A stretch of DNA of 37,101 nt from Candidatus Hydrogenedentota bacterium (GCA_046583315.1 JAYGCN010000114.1:1-37101), one strand, 5' to 3'; shown: positions 8,064 through 17,876, counted from the stretch's first letter. Program-made: numbers and translations. Notes: generated by a model from the letters alone, not told the origin.

Positions 8064-9713
8064 TTATCCCGGTTGCACGTCGGATTGTAGCGCGCCAACT
8101 TCTGAGCAGATTTCAGTTGCCTGGGCCACGGACTTTTGTTCATGCAGAAACGCGATGTGATGTCCTTGAATGGCTTTTTTCAGATCCGAGATGCTTCCCA
8201 GTCGCGCGGTCCATGCGAAGACGCGTGACAACAGCGATATTCCCGTGAGCTCGGCGATCAGGATTATTCCGAGCACGCTTGCCGAGTGAATGAAGAAGGC
8301 CCAATCGAGAAACACACCTCCGAAGTATTCGACGACAACGTTGTAGGCGGTAACGCCGAAGAATGCAACGGGTGGCACGTCTAAGGCGAAGGCTAAGGGC
8401 CAGCTGGACAACACCTGTGCGCGGGAAACGATTCTATCTCGGGATGGGCCGCGCAACACTTCGGATATCTGTTCACTCAAGGCATCGATGTAGGCTTCGT
8501 AGGATTGATCGGAGGATATGGTGTCGAATCCGGCTTTGGCGAGTAGCACGCCCAATTCGCTTTCTTTGGCCATGAACAGTCTTTTTAGTTCGGGGGACTC
8601 CAGGCTCAGCGCGGCTTCTTCCGGGGCGGCTTCGGGTCGGCTGAGCAGTGAGGCCGCGCGATGTCCTGCGCCTCCCTGGAGCGGCCACAGGGACCATTGC
8701 GTCATACGTGCCGGAAGTGTACGGATGGATTCGAGGATTTTGTAGAGCGTACCCACGACCCCTTTTGTTCGCAGCGAAGTTTCTTTTCCCAGCGCGTAGT
8801 TCCACAGGTGCGGCTCCGAGAAGAGACGGCGTTGCACGATAGTGATTGCTGACTCGGCGAGCTCCGCGTCGATTCGCTGAAAGGATTCGCGCAAGGCCTC
8901 GAGATGCTCACCCGGGGTAGCGATGCGTTCGTTCAGGGTTGTGATTGTTTTGACGAGAAGTCCCGAGGCATTGGATCGTTTTATGCGCCGAATGTGTTCG
9001 TTGTTGAGTTCGGTGTGAAGATACCGTTCGAGTCGGGGGAAGTCATATTCGTCGTCTTGTGCTTCGGCCCCGGTCAATTTGCGATCAAAGGTGCGCAAAC
9101 TGTTGACGCGGAAATAGTCTTTGGCTTCGAAACCTTCTTCTTGGAGACGCGCCCGCCAATGGTCTTCGACGGACGGCATGGGGGAGGCTTTGGTTTCCAC
9201 GCAGACGATGGTGCGCTCATGCTGCAAGGGACGCAACAATGACCAGGTCGCTTCGTCGAGGTATTTTTCGGTATCGGCACACATCATGATGAGATCGCAT
9301 TTTTTGAGCACCTGAATGACGGCTTCGCGATGCGCTTTTACGATGGTGTCAGAATCCGGCGTGTCGACGATTACCAGTTTCTCCAAGGCAGCACCGGAAA
9401 CGCTGTGGGTATTCGTTTCGAAGTCGAGGCGGGTTCCGGGCGGGTGATACACGGTGGGAATGGAGGTGCATGGGCGCATTTCAGAGGTCTTGGCCAACTG
9501 ATCGCCGGCCAGCGCGTTGAGCAATGTTGATTTGCCGACGCCTGATCCGCCGACGAGCGCGATAATGAGCACGTCTCCCTGGCTGCGTTCGCGTTCGTCA
9601 AGCTCGGCGAGGCGTTGCTTCAGCAGATTCGTCTCCCGTCGCATGACTCGCCATGACCCGGCGTATTCGCTCAAGAGCTCAAGACGATCAACGATGGACT
9701 TGGTGTTGCTCAT
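8064..9713 (-). CDS. Dynamin-like/MMR_HSR1-type GTPase with C-terminal transmembrane hairpin (subunit 2)
   Basis: G1 GGSGVGKST, G2 RPCT, G3 DTPD, a long helical region and two hydrophobic segments near the C-terminus. ATG 9713 overlaps the upstream stop (ATGA). Confidence 0.8.
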   Translation of the reverse strand: MSNTKSIVDRLELLSEYAGSWRVMRRETNLLKQRLAELDERERSQGDVLIIALVGGSGVGKSTLLNALAGDQLAKTSEMRPCTSIPTVYHPPGTRLDFETNTHSVSGAALEKLVIVDTPDSDTIVKAHREAVIQVLKKCDLIMMCADTEKYLDEATWSLLRPLQHERTIVCVETKASPMPSVEDHWRARLQEEGFEAKDYFRVNSLRTFDRKLTGAEAQDDEYDFPRLERYLHTELNNEHIRRIKRSNASGLLVKTITTLNERIATPGEHLEALRESFQRIDAELAESAITIVQRRLFSEPHLWNYALGKETSLRTKGVVGTLYKILESIRTLPARMTQWSLWPLQGGAGHRAASLLSRPEAAPEEAALSLESPELKRLFMAKESELGVLLAKAGFDTISSDQSYEAYIDALSEQISEVLRGPSRDRIVSRAQVLSSWPLAFALDVPPVAFFGVTAYNVVVEYFGGVFLDWAFFIHSASVLGIILIAELTGISLLSRVFAWTARLGSISDLKKAIQGHHIAFLHEQKSVAQATEICSEVGALQSDVQPG

Positions 9714-11497
9714 GGAGAATTCTCCTGATGGATCAAGCATTGATTGTGGTGCTGGCGTAACTCTTCGAGTGCGTCGTCGTCGAGCACCTTGAGCGCGTCG
9801 TATAGTTCGTTCAAGCCGGGTTGGGCGAGATGCTCGAGTAGTGAATTTTCGAAAAGTTCCTGTTGCTCCTTCATCCAGGGTGAAAGAAAATCGAACATGG
9901 CGTCTCCGAACTGGTACTCCATGACTTTGGCTCCAAACATGGCACCGGCTGCGGTGGATGCCAACGCGAGTTCGCCGGCGCCGAATCCACTGGTGATGAT
10001 TCCCACGGTTCCGGCGATGGCGGCAGGCATGATGGCCAGGACGGTGTCCAGTGCCTCGAGTGCTTGTCGTTTGCCTTTGTGATCTTCCCACCACGCATCC
10101 AGCATCGCGATGGCGTGCGTGCGGAACTCCTCGGACACATCACCCGCCGTGAGAGCATCCTTCAATATGGACTCGACCAGCTCTTCGGTGTTGATGGATT
10201 CGAGATGTTGTTCGGTGAGGGAACGAGCGGGTTCTGGAAGTGTACGACTGGTCTCAATGCAGTCCCGCAACAAGTCCTGGGTTAATCGGGTAAGGGCATC
10301 GCGATGGAAGGAGTCGATGGATTTTTCCGTTTCTTCGGTATCGACATCCAGGGTGGAGCGTTTACGAATTGAGCTCACGAGCGTTTTGCTGATTGTCGCG
10401 GCACCTCGTGCAATCGCGGTACTGGTCGCGCCGATGTAGCGTCGAATCGGCCCGCGTTTTTCCTGTACGTATTCATGAAATAGGCCGCCGACTTCCTTGC
10501 CGGGTGCGGGCTCGTATTTAAGTGTCGTATCGTGAATGAGTGTTTCGAACTGGTTCCGCACCTCCTGCAAATCTACGCTCACGGTGTTGAGGTGATCGAG
10601 GAATCCGGATGTCGTGGAGGCGAAGTGCTCAACAGTATTCGCGAAGACTTGTTGTTTGATTGCGGGTACGTCGAGAGCCTCAAGATAGGTTCGCAGATCG
10701 GGCGTGTCATCCAGGCCGTCGATTTTTTGGGTCAGATCCTCGCCGATGCCGAAGTTGTGCGTGATGACGAATGTCGGTCCTTCGATGCCGACATCTTTTG
10801 CAAACTCGGCGAGTTGTTTTCGAGCGATATCAAAATCCTCCGCCGGGTTGGCCTTGTTCATCACGGGGATGAGTGAGCGTCCGGTTGCGGCGGCATCTTT
10901 GAAAAACTGCACCACTCGATCGTCCTTATACTTTTCGCCCGTGACTACGGCAATGAGAACATCACCGGCGGCGCGAATGTGGTCGGCCACCTCCCAGTTG
11001 CGTTTGTCGATGGAATCCACGTCGGGGGTATCCATAATAATGAGGTGATCGGGTAGGGAAGCCTCTTCGGTGATGTAGATGGAGCTGAAATCGATTTCGC
11101 TGTCAACCAGATCGTCGGCGTTTGAGAGGGGATGAGGGTTGAACTCGGGGACGAGCTTGGCATCCAGGCATTGATCGGCACGAAATCGGTTGGCCGCGAT
11201 AACGGGGTGGCAGGTTGCGGCGGCGGTGTTGACCATGGGGCTGATGGAACGATGGGTCAACAAGTTAAAGATAGTGGACTTTCCTGTGTTGGTGCCGCCT
11301 GTGACTGCGGCAATGAGGCAGCCTTCTCCTTCGAGATGCGGCACGAGTTTATAGGTCAACAAATTGCGCCATTCCGCAGTATTCTCGAATACACACTCTG
11401 AGAGCAGCGTGAAGCCCTGGAGATCCTTTTGCAGCTGGAAAATTGCCTGCTCGAAACCCGCAAGCGCTTGACCGATATGGTTTGTTGCCGTATTCAT
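9710..11497 (-). CDS. Dynamin-like/MMR_HSR1-type GTPase (subunit 1)
   Basis: G1 GGTNTGKST, G3 DTPD, G4 NKAN, a helical stalk and a Gly/Ala-rich hydrophobic segment PAAIAGTVGIITSGFGAGELALASTAAGAMFG. Confidence 0.8.
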   Translation of the reverse strand: MNTATNHIGQALAGFEQAIFQLQKDLQGFTLLSECVFENTAEWRNLLTYKLVPHLEGEGCLIAAVTGGTNTGKSTIFNLLTHRSISPMVNTAAATCHPVIAANRFRADQCLDAKLVPEFNPHPLSNADDLVDSEIDFSSIYITEEASLPDHLIIMDTPDVDSIDKRNWEVADHIRAAGDVLIAVVTGEKYKDDRVVQFFKDAAATGRSLIPVMNKANPAEDFDIARKQLAEFAKDVGIEGPTFVITHNFGIGEDLTQKIDGLDDTPDLRTYLEALDVPAIKQQVFANTVEHFASTTSGFLDHLNTVSVDLQEVRNQFETLIHDTTLKYEPAPGKEVGGLFHEYVQEKRGPIRRYIGATSTAIARGAATISKTLVSSIRKRSTLDVDTEETEKSIDSFHRDALTRLTQDLLRDCIETSRTLPEPARSLTEQHLESINTEELVESILKDALTAGDVSEEFRTHAIAMLDAWWEDHKGKRQALEALDTVLAIMPAAIAGTVGIITSGFGAGELALASTAAGAMFGAKVMEYQFGDAMFDFLSPWMKEQQELFENSLLEHLAQPGLNELYDALKVLDDDALEELRQHHNQCLIHQENSP

Positions 11498-11673
11498 AAA
11501 TGAACCCAATGATAATTGTACGTTCAGTATACCGAAAAGGGACCAGCGTTCGGAATTTCGGTTCTTCCTAAGGTTATGATTAGACGGTGTTTGGGGGTAC
11601 CCGGTTTTTCATATACGCAAAAAGGTGGTATAGTTCCCTTGTCCACTAAGAACTTAATTACGGGGTGAACTGT

Positions 11674-13215
11674 ATGACGATTCGAATGACAATGGTGCTG
11701 TTGACGGTGATCTGTTTTGCGATTATGAGTCCCGTCGCTATGGCTGAAAAAGAGACGCCTTGGCCTTTGCGCGACCACTACTCCTTTACCGGAAAGTCGA
11801 TTGTTTTTAAGGTCGATCCGTTTCAAGCGCAGTGGATGGCGGCGTCTCTGGACGGCACCGAAATCATGAAGTCGTCTTACGTCGAGATCGTTCTGGGTGA
11901 TGGTCGCCGATTCAAATTATCCAAGGACAACTGGATCACGGATGGTCGGGACAGCTTCGAGGATGGATTTGGGAAGGGCATGCGATTTCGCTCCGAGTTC
12001 AAACCTGTCGATGGTTTGCACGTGGAGTACCACATTAACCGATATGACGAGCAATCGTTTATGACGATCATGGTTATCGTGCGCAATACTTCCACAAAGC
12101 CACTTGCGCTGAGCGCGATACGCTGCGAAGGCAGAGTGTTGGTCGACGATCCAGAACTGCTGATCATTGATAATTCCGTGCGACGGGGAATCCATCTGGT
12201 GCCGAGCGGAACGCAGCATGCCAGCCTGGTTGAACTTCATTCTTCTGTTTCCGAGGGCATCATCGGCATCGGCTTACTGCAATCCGGGTTTATGCAGTCC
12301 TCTCTTCAGCTCGAACAAGATGACGGCGGCTGGGTCGGCTCGATTGACAGCACCTTTACGCCGCCGATAGAACTCGCGCCCGGTGCGACCGCGCAATCCG
12401 ATGCGCTCTGGGTGATGTTCTCGGCAGAGGACTCTGAAATGCTTCACGATTTGCATGGATGGGTAACCGGGTTCACCATGCCGGAAACGACTCCGAAAAA
12501 CTATCCGAAGGCGTGGGTTACGGTACCCTCGAGTTCGACCTCGGCAAACTTGCTTGATTCCGTGGGGAAAAAACGTGCGAAAGCAGTTAATCACGTGCTT
12601 GTCCCTGCTGGATGGCCTGCTGGCTCCGATACGATGGGCTTGGCCCAATTGGCGAGTGCCCTGCGTCGAAAAAATATGGTGCCGGGACTGACTGTTGATC
12701 CGCTTCTTGTGACCTCCAAAAGCAAGGGAAAAACATTGGAAGGCCCGGAAGGTCGTCACTGGATCGATTTACGTACCTCCGATGGGCGGGAATATGCGGT
12801 AAAGCAGCTCAGGAAGATTGTGAATTGGAAATACGGATTCTTCGCTGTCGGCTATTCCGAGATTCCTGATTCTGTATTGAAAGAATTGAATATTACCCGT
12901 TCCGTCGCCGATATCGTTGCTTTCGAATTGATGGAAGAAGCCGCGGGGATTCTGCCTGTGGTGCCAACCTCTCAATTGAGTTTGGGTAACGATGTTGAAG
13001 CGTGGAATGCTGTTGCGCGTGCGACGCGTGCGCACCGTACCTTTTTGGTGAAGACGGGTCCGGCGCGACTCAATGTTGATGGGATCGATTCGCTTTCACC
13101 GGATGTTGTGGATGATTTGAAGACCTTTGCGGGACCACTGGAGATCGTGGGCGTACCGTCGAAGAAAGTACGACAGCAGTTGGATGCTATCGTTACGGCA
13201 GCGGCTTCGGAATGA
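11674..13215 (+). CDS. Secreted protein resembling a degenerate GH36 alpha-galactosidase
   Basis: Signal peptide. A beta-rich N-terminal domain is followed by segments that match the GH36 barrel in order (PKAWVT, VLVPAGW, MVPGLTVDPL, WIDLR, WKYGFFAVGY) but lack the usual acidic residues. Upstream TGGTATAGT extended -10 at 11626-11634. Confidence 0.55.
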   Translation: MTIRMTMVLLTVICFAIMSPVAMAEKETPWPLRDHYSFTGKSIVFKVDPFQAQWMAASLDGTEIMKSSYVEIVLGDGRRFKLSKDNWITDGRDSFEDGFGKGMRFRSEFKPVDGLHVEYHINRYDEQSFMTIMVIVRNTSTKPLALSAIRCEGRVLVDDPELLIIDNSVRRGIHLVPSGTQHASLVELHSSVSEGIIGIGLLQSGFMQSSLQLEQDDGGWVGSIDSTFTPPIELAPGATAQSDALWVMFSAEDSEMLHDLHGWVTGFTMPETTPKNYPKAWVTVPSSSTSANLLDSVGKKRAKAVNHVLVPAGWPAGSDTMGLAQLASALRRKNMVPGLTVDPLLVTSKSKGKTLEGPEGRHWIDLRTSDGREYAVKQLRKIVNWKYGFFAVGYSEIPDSVLKELNITRSVADIVAFELMEEAAGILPVVPTSQLSLGNDVEAWNAVARATRAHRTFLVKTGPARLNVDGIDSLSPDVVDDLKTFAGPLEIVGVPSKKVRQQLDAIVTAAASE

Positions 13216-14117
13216 TGGGTACGGTTCCGTCTGTTGGCGTTCGATGCCAATCGTACGCGAAAATAAACCTTTATCTTGATGTTCTCTCGCGGCGAGATGA
13301 CGGATTTCATAACATCGAAACCCTCTTTCAATCGGTGAGCCTTTGCGACGAACTCGATTGTAATCCTGCGGAGTCGGGATTAACCATGCGTATTGAAGGT
13401 TCCGATCTCGAAGCCGACGAAGACAATCTTGTCATGCGTGCCGCACGGCGTCTGCACGAACAGTTTAACGTGGCCCAAGGCGCGGAGTTGGTGTTGCGCA
13501 AACGAATTCCTGTTGCGGCGGGATTGGCTGGTGGTTCGGGCGATGCTGCGGCTGCGTTGCTGGGACTGAATCGCCTCTGGGATGTGAATGCATCGATCGG
13601 CGAGTTGGAGGCGATCGCCGCCAAATTGGGATCGGACGTACCCTATTGCCTGCACGGCGGTACGATGGCGGGCACCGGGCGCGGGGAGCACTTGAAAGTC
13701 CTGCCGGCGGTCGAGCCGTCGTGGTTTATACTTGCTCACCCGCCTATTTCTGTGAGTACACCGGAAATATTCAATCATCCGGCTCTCCAGAAAAGTAACG
13801 AGCCGCTCGAAGGCAACGGTCGCTCTCGTCCATTCAACGAAGCGATCATCAGTTGCGCGCGAGGTCGCTTGCCCGAGGTGTTCGTCAACACACTGGAGTC
13901 GGCGGCACTGGTGGCGTATCCCGAAATCGAGGGCTATAAAACGGCTCTCCGGGACGCGGGCTGTTCGGGCGTGTTGATGAGTGGCAGTGGCCCGACCGTT
14001 TTCGGATTGTGCGATAACGAGGCGCACGGGAAGTCGATTCAAAACTCATTGACTTCGATCACGGCGTCCGTCGTGCATACCGTGGATGCGGGTGTTGTGC
14101 TAGAGGGTCTCAAGTAA
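13212..14117 (+). CDS. ispE: 4-(cytidine 5'-diphospho)-2-C-methyl-D-erythritol kinase
   Basis: AKINLYLDV, DGFHNIET, GHMP motif KRIPVAAGLAGGSGDAAA, GSDVP and MSGSGPTVFG. Confidence 0.96.
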   Translation: MMGTVPSVGVRCQSYAKINLYLDVLSRRDDGFHNIETLFQSVSLCDELDCNPAESGLTMRIEGSDLEADEDNLVMRAARRLHEQFNVAQGAELVLRKRIPVAAGLAGGSGDAAAALLGLNRLWDVNASIGELEAIAAKLGSDVPYCLHGGTMAGTGRGEHLKVLPAVEPSWFILAHPPISVSTPEIFNHPALQKSNEPLEGNGRSRPFNEAIISCARGRLPEVFVNTLESAALVAYPEIEGYKTALRDAGCSGVLMSGSGPTVFGLCDNEAHGKSIQNSLTSITASVVHTVDAGVVLEGLK

Positions 14118-14882
14118 ATCGGGCGATAGTTCGGCGCGGATGCCCAGACGCGTGAGCACGAAGTCGAACTTCAAGGGGTCCTCCGGTTCCATTTTTCGAA
14201 ATACTTTCGTCATGTCGAGTGCCGCCTTGCCGTCGGGCGCTTTGCGGCGTGTCATGCGGTAGCGTTTGGCGACCTTGTACATGTGTGTGTCCAGCGGAAT
14301 CACGAGTAGCTTCGGTGAGATCGATTTCCAGGGGCCGGGATCGACTTGGTCCGAGCGCACCATCCACCGCAGATATAAGTGTAGGCGTTTGCACGCGCTG
14401 CCACGGGCCGGATCGGAGAGTAGGCTATTTTTTGGGAAGCCTTCGGCCAACGCGTGGACCCAATTGCTCAACGGTGCGAGTGTGGTTTCGTCTGAGTCGG
14501 ATATATGCGAGGCGAAGGATGCCTCGAGCGAGCCCCTGCGTTTCAGTGATCGTTTCATGCCGAGCAAGAGGTTCGCGATGTCGTCGCCCGTGGTCCAGCG
14601 ATGTCGAAAGTATTCGGTATCGGTGCGTATTGTGCCTTCCGACGCATCCGTGAGGTAGTCGTAGGGTGAAGCCCCCATCGGGGATAGTAACTTCTCGATG
14701 CTTGTGAGTATCTGCGCGACCCGGCCGTAAGCCAAGAGTGCTGCAATGAGACCAGCCACCTCCTGGTCCCGCGGATTATCGTAATGGTGAACGAATTCCA
14801 ATGGATCGGGATGAATATATCGGGCGTCGTTGTAGGTGCTGTATAAGGTTCGGAGCTGACGGTGTAATTCAAGCCGGGTCAT
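14100..14882 (-). CDS. TIGR02757 (DUF2400) family protein
   Basis: HPDPLEF, LAYGRV, SACKRLHLYLRWMVR, DPGPW, PLDTH and PEDPLKFDF. Confidence 0.88.
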   Translation of the reverse strand: MTRLELHRQLRTLYSTYNDARYIHPDPLEFVHHYDNPRDQEVAGLIAALLAYGRVAQILTSIEKLLSPMGASPYDYLTDASEGTIRTDTEYFRHRWTTGDDIANLLLGMKRSLKRRGSLEASFASHISDSDETTLAPLSNWVHALAEGFPKNSLLSDPARGSACKRLHLYLRWMVRSDQVDPGPWKSISPKLLVIPLDTHMYKVAKRYRMTRRKAPDGKAALDMTKVFRKMEPEDPLKFDFVLTRLGIRAELSPDLLETL

Positions 14883-15004
14883 GGGAGAAACCGATATGTT
14901 TGGAGATGGATTGGGTATTGAATTTGCCTAGTGTATCCCATACTATACCCTTGATTCAGATCGGCCTGAAAAAACGAATAAGCAACCTTGGAGGGGAACA
15001 CGAA

Positions 15005-15514
15005 ATGCTAAAAGATTCGATATTGACCAAATTAAATGAGCAAGTGCAGCATGAAGCGTATTCGGCGTACCTCTATTATTCGATGGTCGGCTATTTCGAG
15101 ACCGTGAATCTTAAGGGCTTTGCCAATTGGATGCTCATTCAGGCGCAGGAAGAAATTACCCACATGCATCGGATATCTTCGTATATTCATGACAGGGGTG
15201 CTAGTGTTTCCCTCGGCGGAATCGATCAGCCTCCCGCTACTTGGGAATCCCCGGTTGAGTGCATTCGGCAGACGTTGACGCACGAGCAGTTCATCTCGGA
15301 GAAGATTAACGAGTGCGTGACGCTTGCGTTGTCTGAAAACGACCATTCGACCAATACCATGTTGCAATGGTTTGTGGCTGAACAGGTCGAAGAAGAAGCG
15401 AATGCAGATGACTTGTTGCAGAAACTCATTATGATAGGGGATAATTCGAGCGGTCTGTTTCTGCTGGATTCTGAGTTGGGACAGCGAAAGTTTGTGAACG
15501 AGGCGGGGGCATAG
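15005..15514 (+). CDS. ftnA: Non-haem ferritin
   Basis: 169 aa from ATG 15005 (SD GGAGG). Ferroxidase pattern LNEQVQHE...QAQEEITH...HEQ...LQWFVAEQVEEE. Confidence 0.93.
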   Translation: MLKDSILTKLNEQVQHEAYSAYLYYSMVGYFETVNLKGFANWMLIQAQEEITHMHRISSYIHDRGASVSLGGIDQPPATWESPVECIRQTLTHEQFISEKINECVTLALSENDHSTNTMLQWFVAEQVEEEANADDLLQKLIMIGDNSSGLFLLDSELGQRKFVNEAGA

Positions 15515-15561
15515 GGGGTTAGATTTGGCTTTGGGCTGTCGAAATTTTGTACATAAGATCG

Positions 15562-15589
15562 TTGACAACGAGCGAATATGTGATATAAT
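15562..15589 (+). promoter_or_regulatory. Consensus sigma70 promoter of the pseudopilin operon
   Basis: TTGACA (15562-15567), 16 nt spacer, TATAAT (15584-15589), with extended -10 TG at 15581-15582. Confidence 0.8.
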
Positions 15590-15679
15590 ACTTCAAATTA
15601 GCACTGATTGCAGTCTGGATTGAATTGTTGCCTTGTGCTCAATCGGTGGTTTTGGCCTGTTTTTAGGAGGGAACGAATT

Positions 15680-16204
15680 TTGTTTGATCCGATGAAAAAG
15701 TTGAGGACGCGGTCGTCGCGCTCCGGCTTTACTATCATTGAAGTACTCACCGCGTTTTTCGTCATCGGCATTGCGACCACCATTTTCGTTCGATTGTACT
15801 CCAGTAGCCTCTCCTTGGGGCGGACCAGCACGCATTACGCGGTGGCATCTCAAATTGCTGAAGAATACATGGCTGAATTGCAAGTGAATCCAGGTCAATT
15901 TGCATGGCCGAATTTTGCAGACTCTCCCGTTGGCGATCTTATTGAAGTCAAGGTGATCGATGACGAGAGCGCGATCAAATACGTTGAACCTCCGACTGCG
16001 ATGCCCAGTGTACAAGGGGCGCATGATCGACAGTCCCAGCTGTATAGAGACTTCGAGTGGATAGCGTATGCGCGTATTCACGAAGAGAGTTCGAATTTCG
16101 TCGAGGTGATGGTTGAGATCAGCTGGAAAAACAAAGGCAAGTTTCAGCGATTCTATCTCACATCTGCCGTGCCTCGATCAATAGGGGAGGGCATCGGCGG
16201 ATGA
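15680..16204 (+). CDS. Prepilin-type N-terminal cleavage/methylation protein (GspI/PilV-like minor pseudopilin)
   Basis: Basic leader then G|FTIIEVL and a hydrophobic helix. C-terminal VEVMVEISW. The start is either TTG 15680 (9 nt after AGGAGG) or ATG 15692. Confidence 0.8.
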   Translation: MFDPMKKLRTRSSRSGFTIIEVLTAFFVIGIATTIFVRLYSSSLSLGRTSTHYAVASQIAEEYMAELQVNPGQFAWPNFADSPVGDLIEVKVIDDESAIKYVEPPTAMPSVQGAHDRQSQLYRDFEWIAYARIHEESSNFVEVMVEISWKNKGKFQRFYLTSAVPRSIGEGIGG

Positions 16205-16848
16205 GTCGCACATGCCAACCTTCAATGCGTAACGGCTTTACGTTGCTTGAGATTCTGGTCTCGATTGCGATAATGGGTGTCGTCGCTTCGCTGGGTGTTC
16301 GTTCTTTCGCATTGCTGACATCTTCCTGGGCGGACGCTCGTGCCATGGCCGAACTCGGCGATACGGTGGATGATGCATTTGAATTGATCGCGTTGGATTT
16401 AGGGGACGTTCTTTCGGCGGAGCTTTCGGGTGTTTCGATTACCGGTATTGATCGGATGGTCGAGACCGATGCTTTCAATCAGGCGGGTGATGCAGATGAC
16501 CGACTGATTATACCGACTCAGGGACTTAGCGCTGCGTTGTCATTGCAGCGGGTTCGATCGGTGCAATATCAGGTTTATCGCGATGATGAGTTCAATAAAC
16601 TGGTCCGTACGGTGGGGCCATTGGGTAGCGACAATCCCAAGAACGGTCGCAGCGAGATAATATCGCGCGCCAATGTTGTTCGATTTGATGTCTCCTATGC
16701 CACGGGGGATTCCGCCAATCCGTGGGTGTCGAGTTGGGATGGCGAAACGCTGCCGAAAGCGGTCCGTGTGGCACTGACTCTCTCCGATCCGAACAATGGT
16801 TTTCGGCAGGTTAGTCGTAAAAAAGTTTATCCGGTGCATGTACAATGA
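16201..16848 (+). CDS. GspJ/PilW-like minor pseudopilin
   Basis: G|FTLLEIL and the GspJ-like C-terminal WVSSWDGETLPKAVRVALTL. ATGA overlap with the previous gene. Confidence 0.82.
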   Translation: MSRTCQPSMRNGFTLLEILVSIAIMGVVASLGVRSFALLTSSWADARAMAELGDTVDDAFELIALDLGDVLSAELSGVSITGIDRMVETDAFNQAGDADDRLIIPTQGLSAALSLQRVRSVQYQVYRDDEFNKLVRTVGPLGSDNPKNGRSEIISRANVVRFDVSYATGDSANPWVSSWDGETLPKAVRVALTLSDPNNGFRQVSRKKVYPVHVQ

Positions 16849-17876
16849 TGACGAAGAATTGCACGATAGAAAAGACGACGAAACCTTCGCGACGATCGGA
16901 GGCTGGCGTTGCGCTGTTTGCGTCGCTGGCGTTGTTACTGATTTTTGCGATGCTGGGCACCGCGTATGTGCGATACATGACCACCAATTTGCATGACACG
17001 CGCTATTCGCTCCAACAGGTGCGTGCGGATTATCTCAGCCAGGGCGGAATTTATGCGGCCATTGGTGAGTTGGAGGCGGCGCGCGCTCAAGGAGAAGAAC
17101 CGGACGCGCTTTACAATTTTGAGTTGCAAGCCTACCGCAATGACGAGACCGGAGTCCGTGTGGCGGATACGCAAGAGGTCAATGTGAAAGTGCGCGACGA
17201 ATCGGGACTCGTAAACCTGAATCATGCGCCCGAATCGTTGTTGATAGCGTTGGGAATTCCGGCTGAGGTGGTTGCCAAGCTTCGCGTCGAAACCGAATTG
17301 CGCCCACTGACGAGTGTGGATGATCTTCGCACGCGGGATTTCATGAATACTCAGGTTTTCACGGCGTTAAACACGGATGTTTTTACGGTACACACGGGAG
17401 ACCAGGGTAGCGCATCCATTAACTTGAACACAGCGGATGTGTCCGTGTTGGCGGCGATTTTTAATGTCGATCCGGCTGAGGCGCACCAAATCGCCGAACA
17501 GCGTCCGTTTAGGTCGTGGCAAGATGTGGTTTCGAAAGTGGCACGCGAACCCTCAACATTCAGCATCGCCACGAAGCGGGATCGTTCGATGCCTGACGGG
17601 ATATCGTTGGACACCAGCTGTTATCGCCTGCTGAGTGAAGCCTATTTGCAAACTCGGAATACGACCTCGAAAGGATTGCAGGTGGCCGTGGAGGCGGTTG
17701 TGCAGTTACATGCTGAACGTGGCTATTCGATTCGTCATTGGAATGAGAATCCTCCGGATGCCTCATTTGAAATGTTGGAACAAGATGATCGCCCTGAGGA
17801 AGATACGTCGAACACGACGGAGAATGCAGGGAACAGCGTTACAACGGTAGCCCATGCTATCGCTCAATCTAATTAG
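16845..17876 (+). CDS. gspK: GspK-like minor pseudopilin with helix-hairpin-helix motifs
   Basis: G|VALF leader without E5, DESGLVNLNHA and ININLNTA-type repeat (SINLNTAD), and RPF/RPL HhH segments. ATGA coupling. Confidence 0.78.
   Translation: MMTKNCTIEKTTKPSRRSEAGVALFASLALLLIFAMLGTAYVRYMTTNLHDTRYSLQQVRADYLSQGGIYAAIGELEAARAQGEEPDALYNFELQAYRNDETGVRVADTQEVNVKVRDESGLVNLNHAPESLLIALGIPAEVVAKLRVETELRPLTSVDDLRTRDFMNTQVFTALNTDVFTVHTGDQGSASINLNTADVSVLAAIFNVDPAEAHQIAEQRPFRSWQDVVSKVAREPSTFSIATKRDRSMPDGISLDTSCYRLLSEAYLQTRNTTSKGLQVAVEAVVQLHAERGYSIRHWNENPPDASFEMLEQDDRPEEDTSNTTENAGNSVTTVAHAIAQSN

Noticed and set aside
9714..10094. N-terminal extension of the 676-aa ORF call
   Set aside because: It overlaps the upstream GTPase in another frame and is Arg-rich nonsense. 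The ATGA-coupled start at 9713 fits better.
3060..11497. queC plus GTPases as a Qat/CBASS/dpd-type defence island
   Set aside because: No TatD, KAP ATPase, cyclase, dpdA, nuclease or mobility genes. queC is separated from the GTPases by two unrelated genes and looks canonical.
14801..15004. N-terminal extension of the ferritin ORF
   Set aside because: It overlaps the divergent gene. An SD and the normal ferritin length support ATG 15005.
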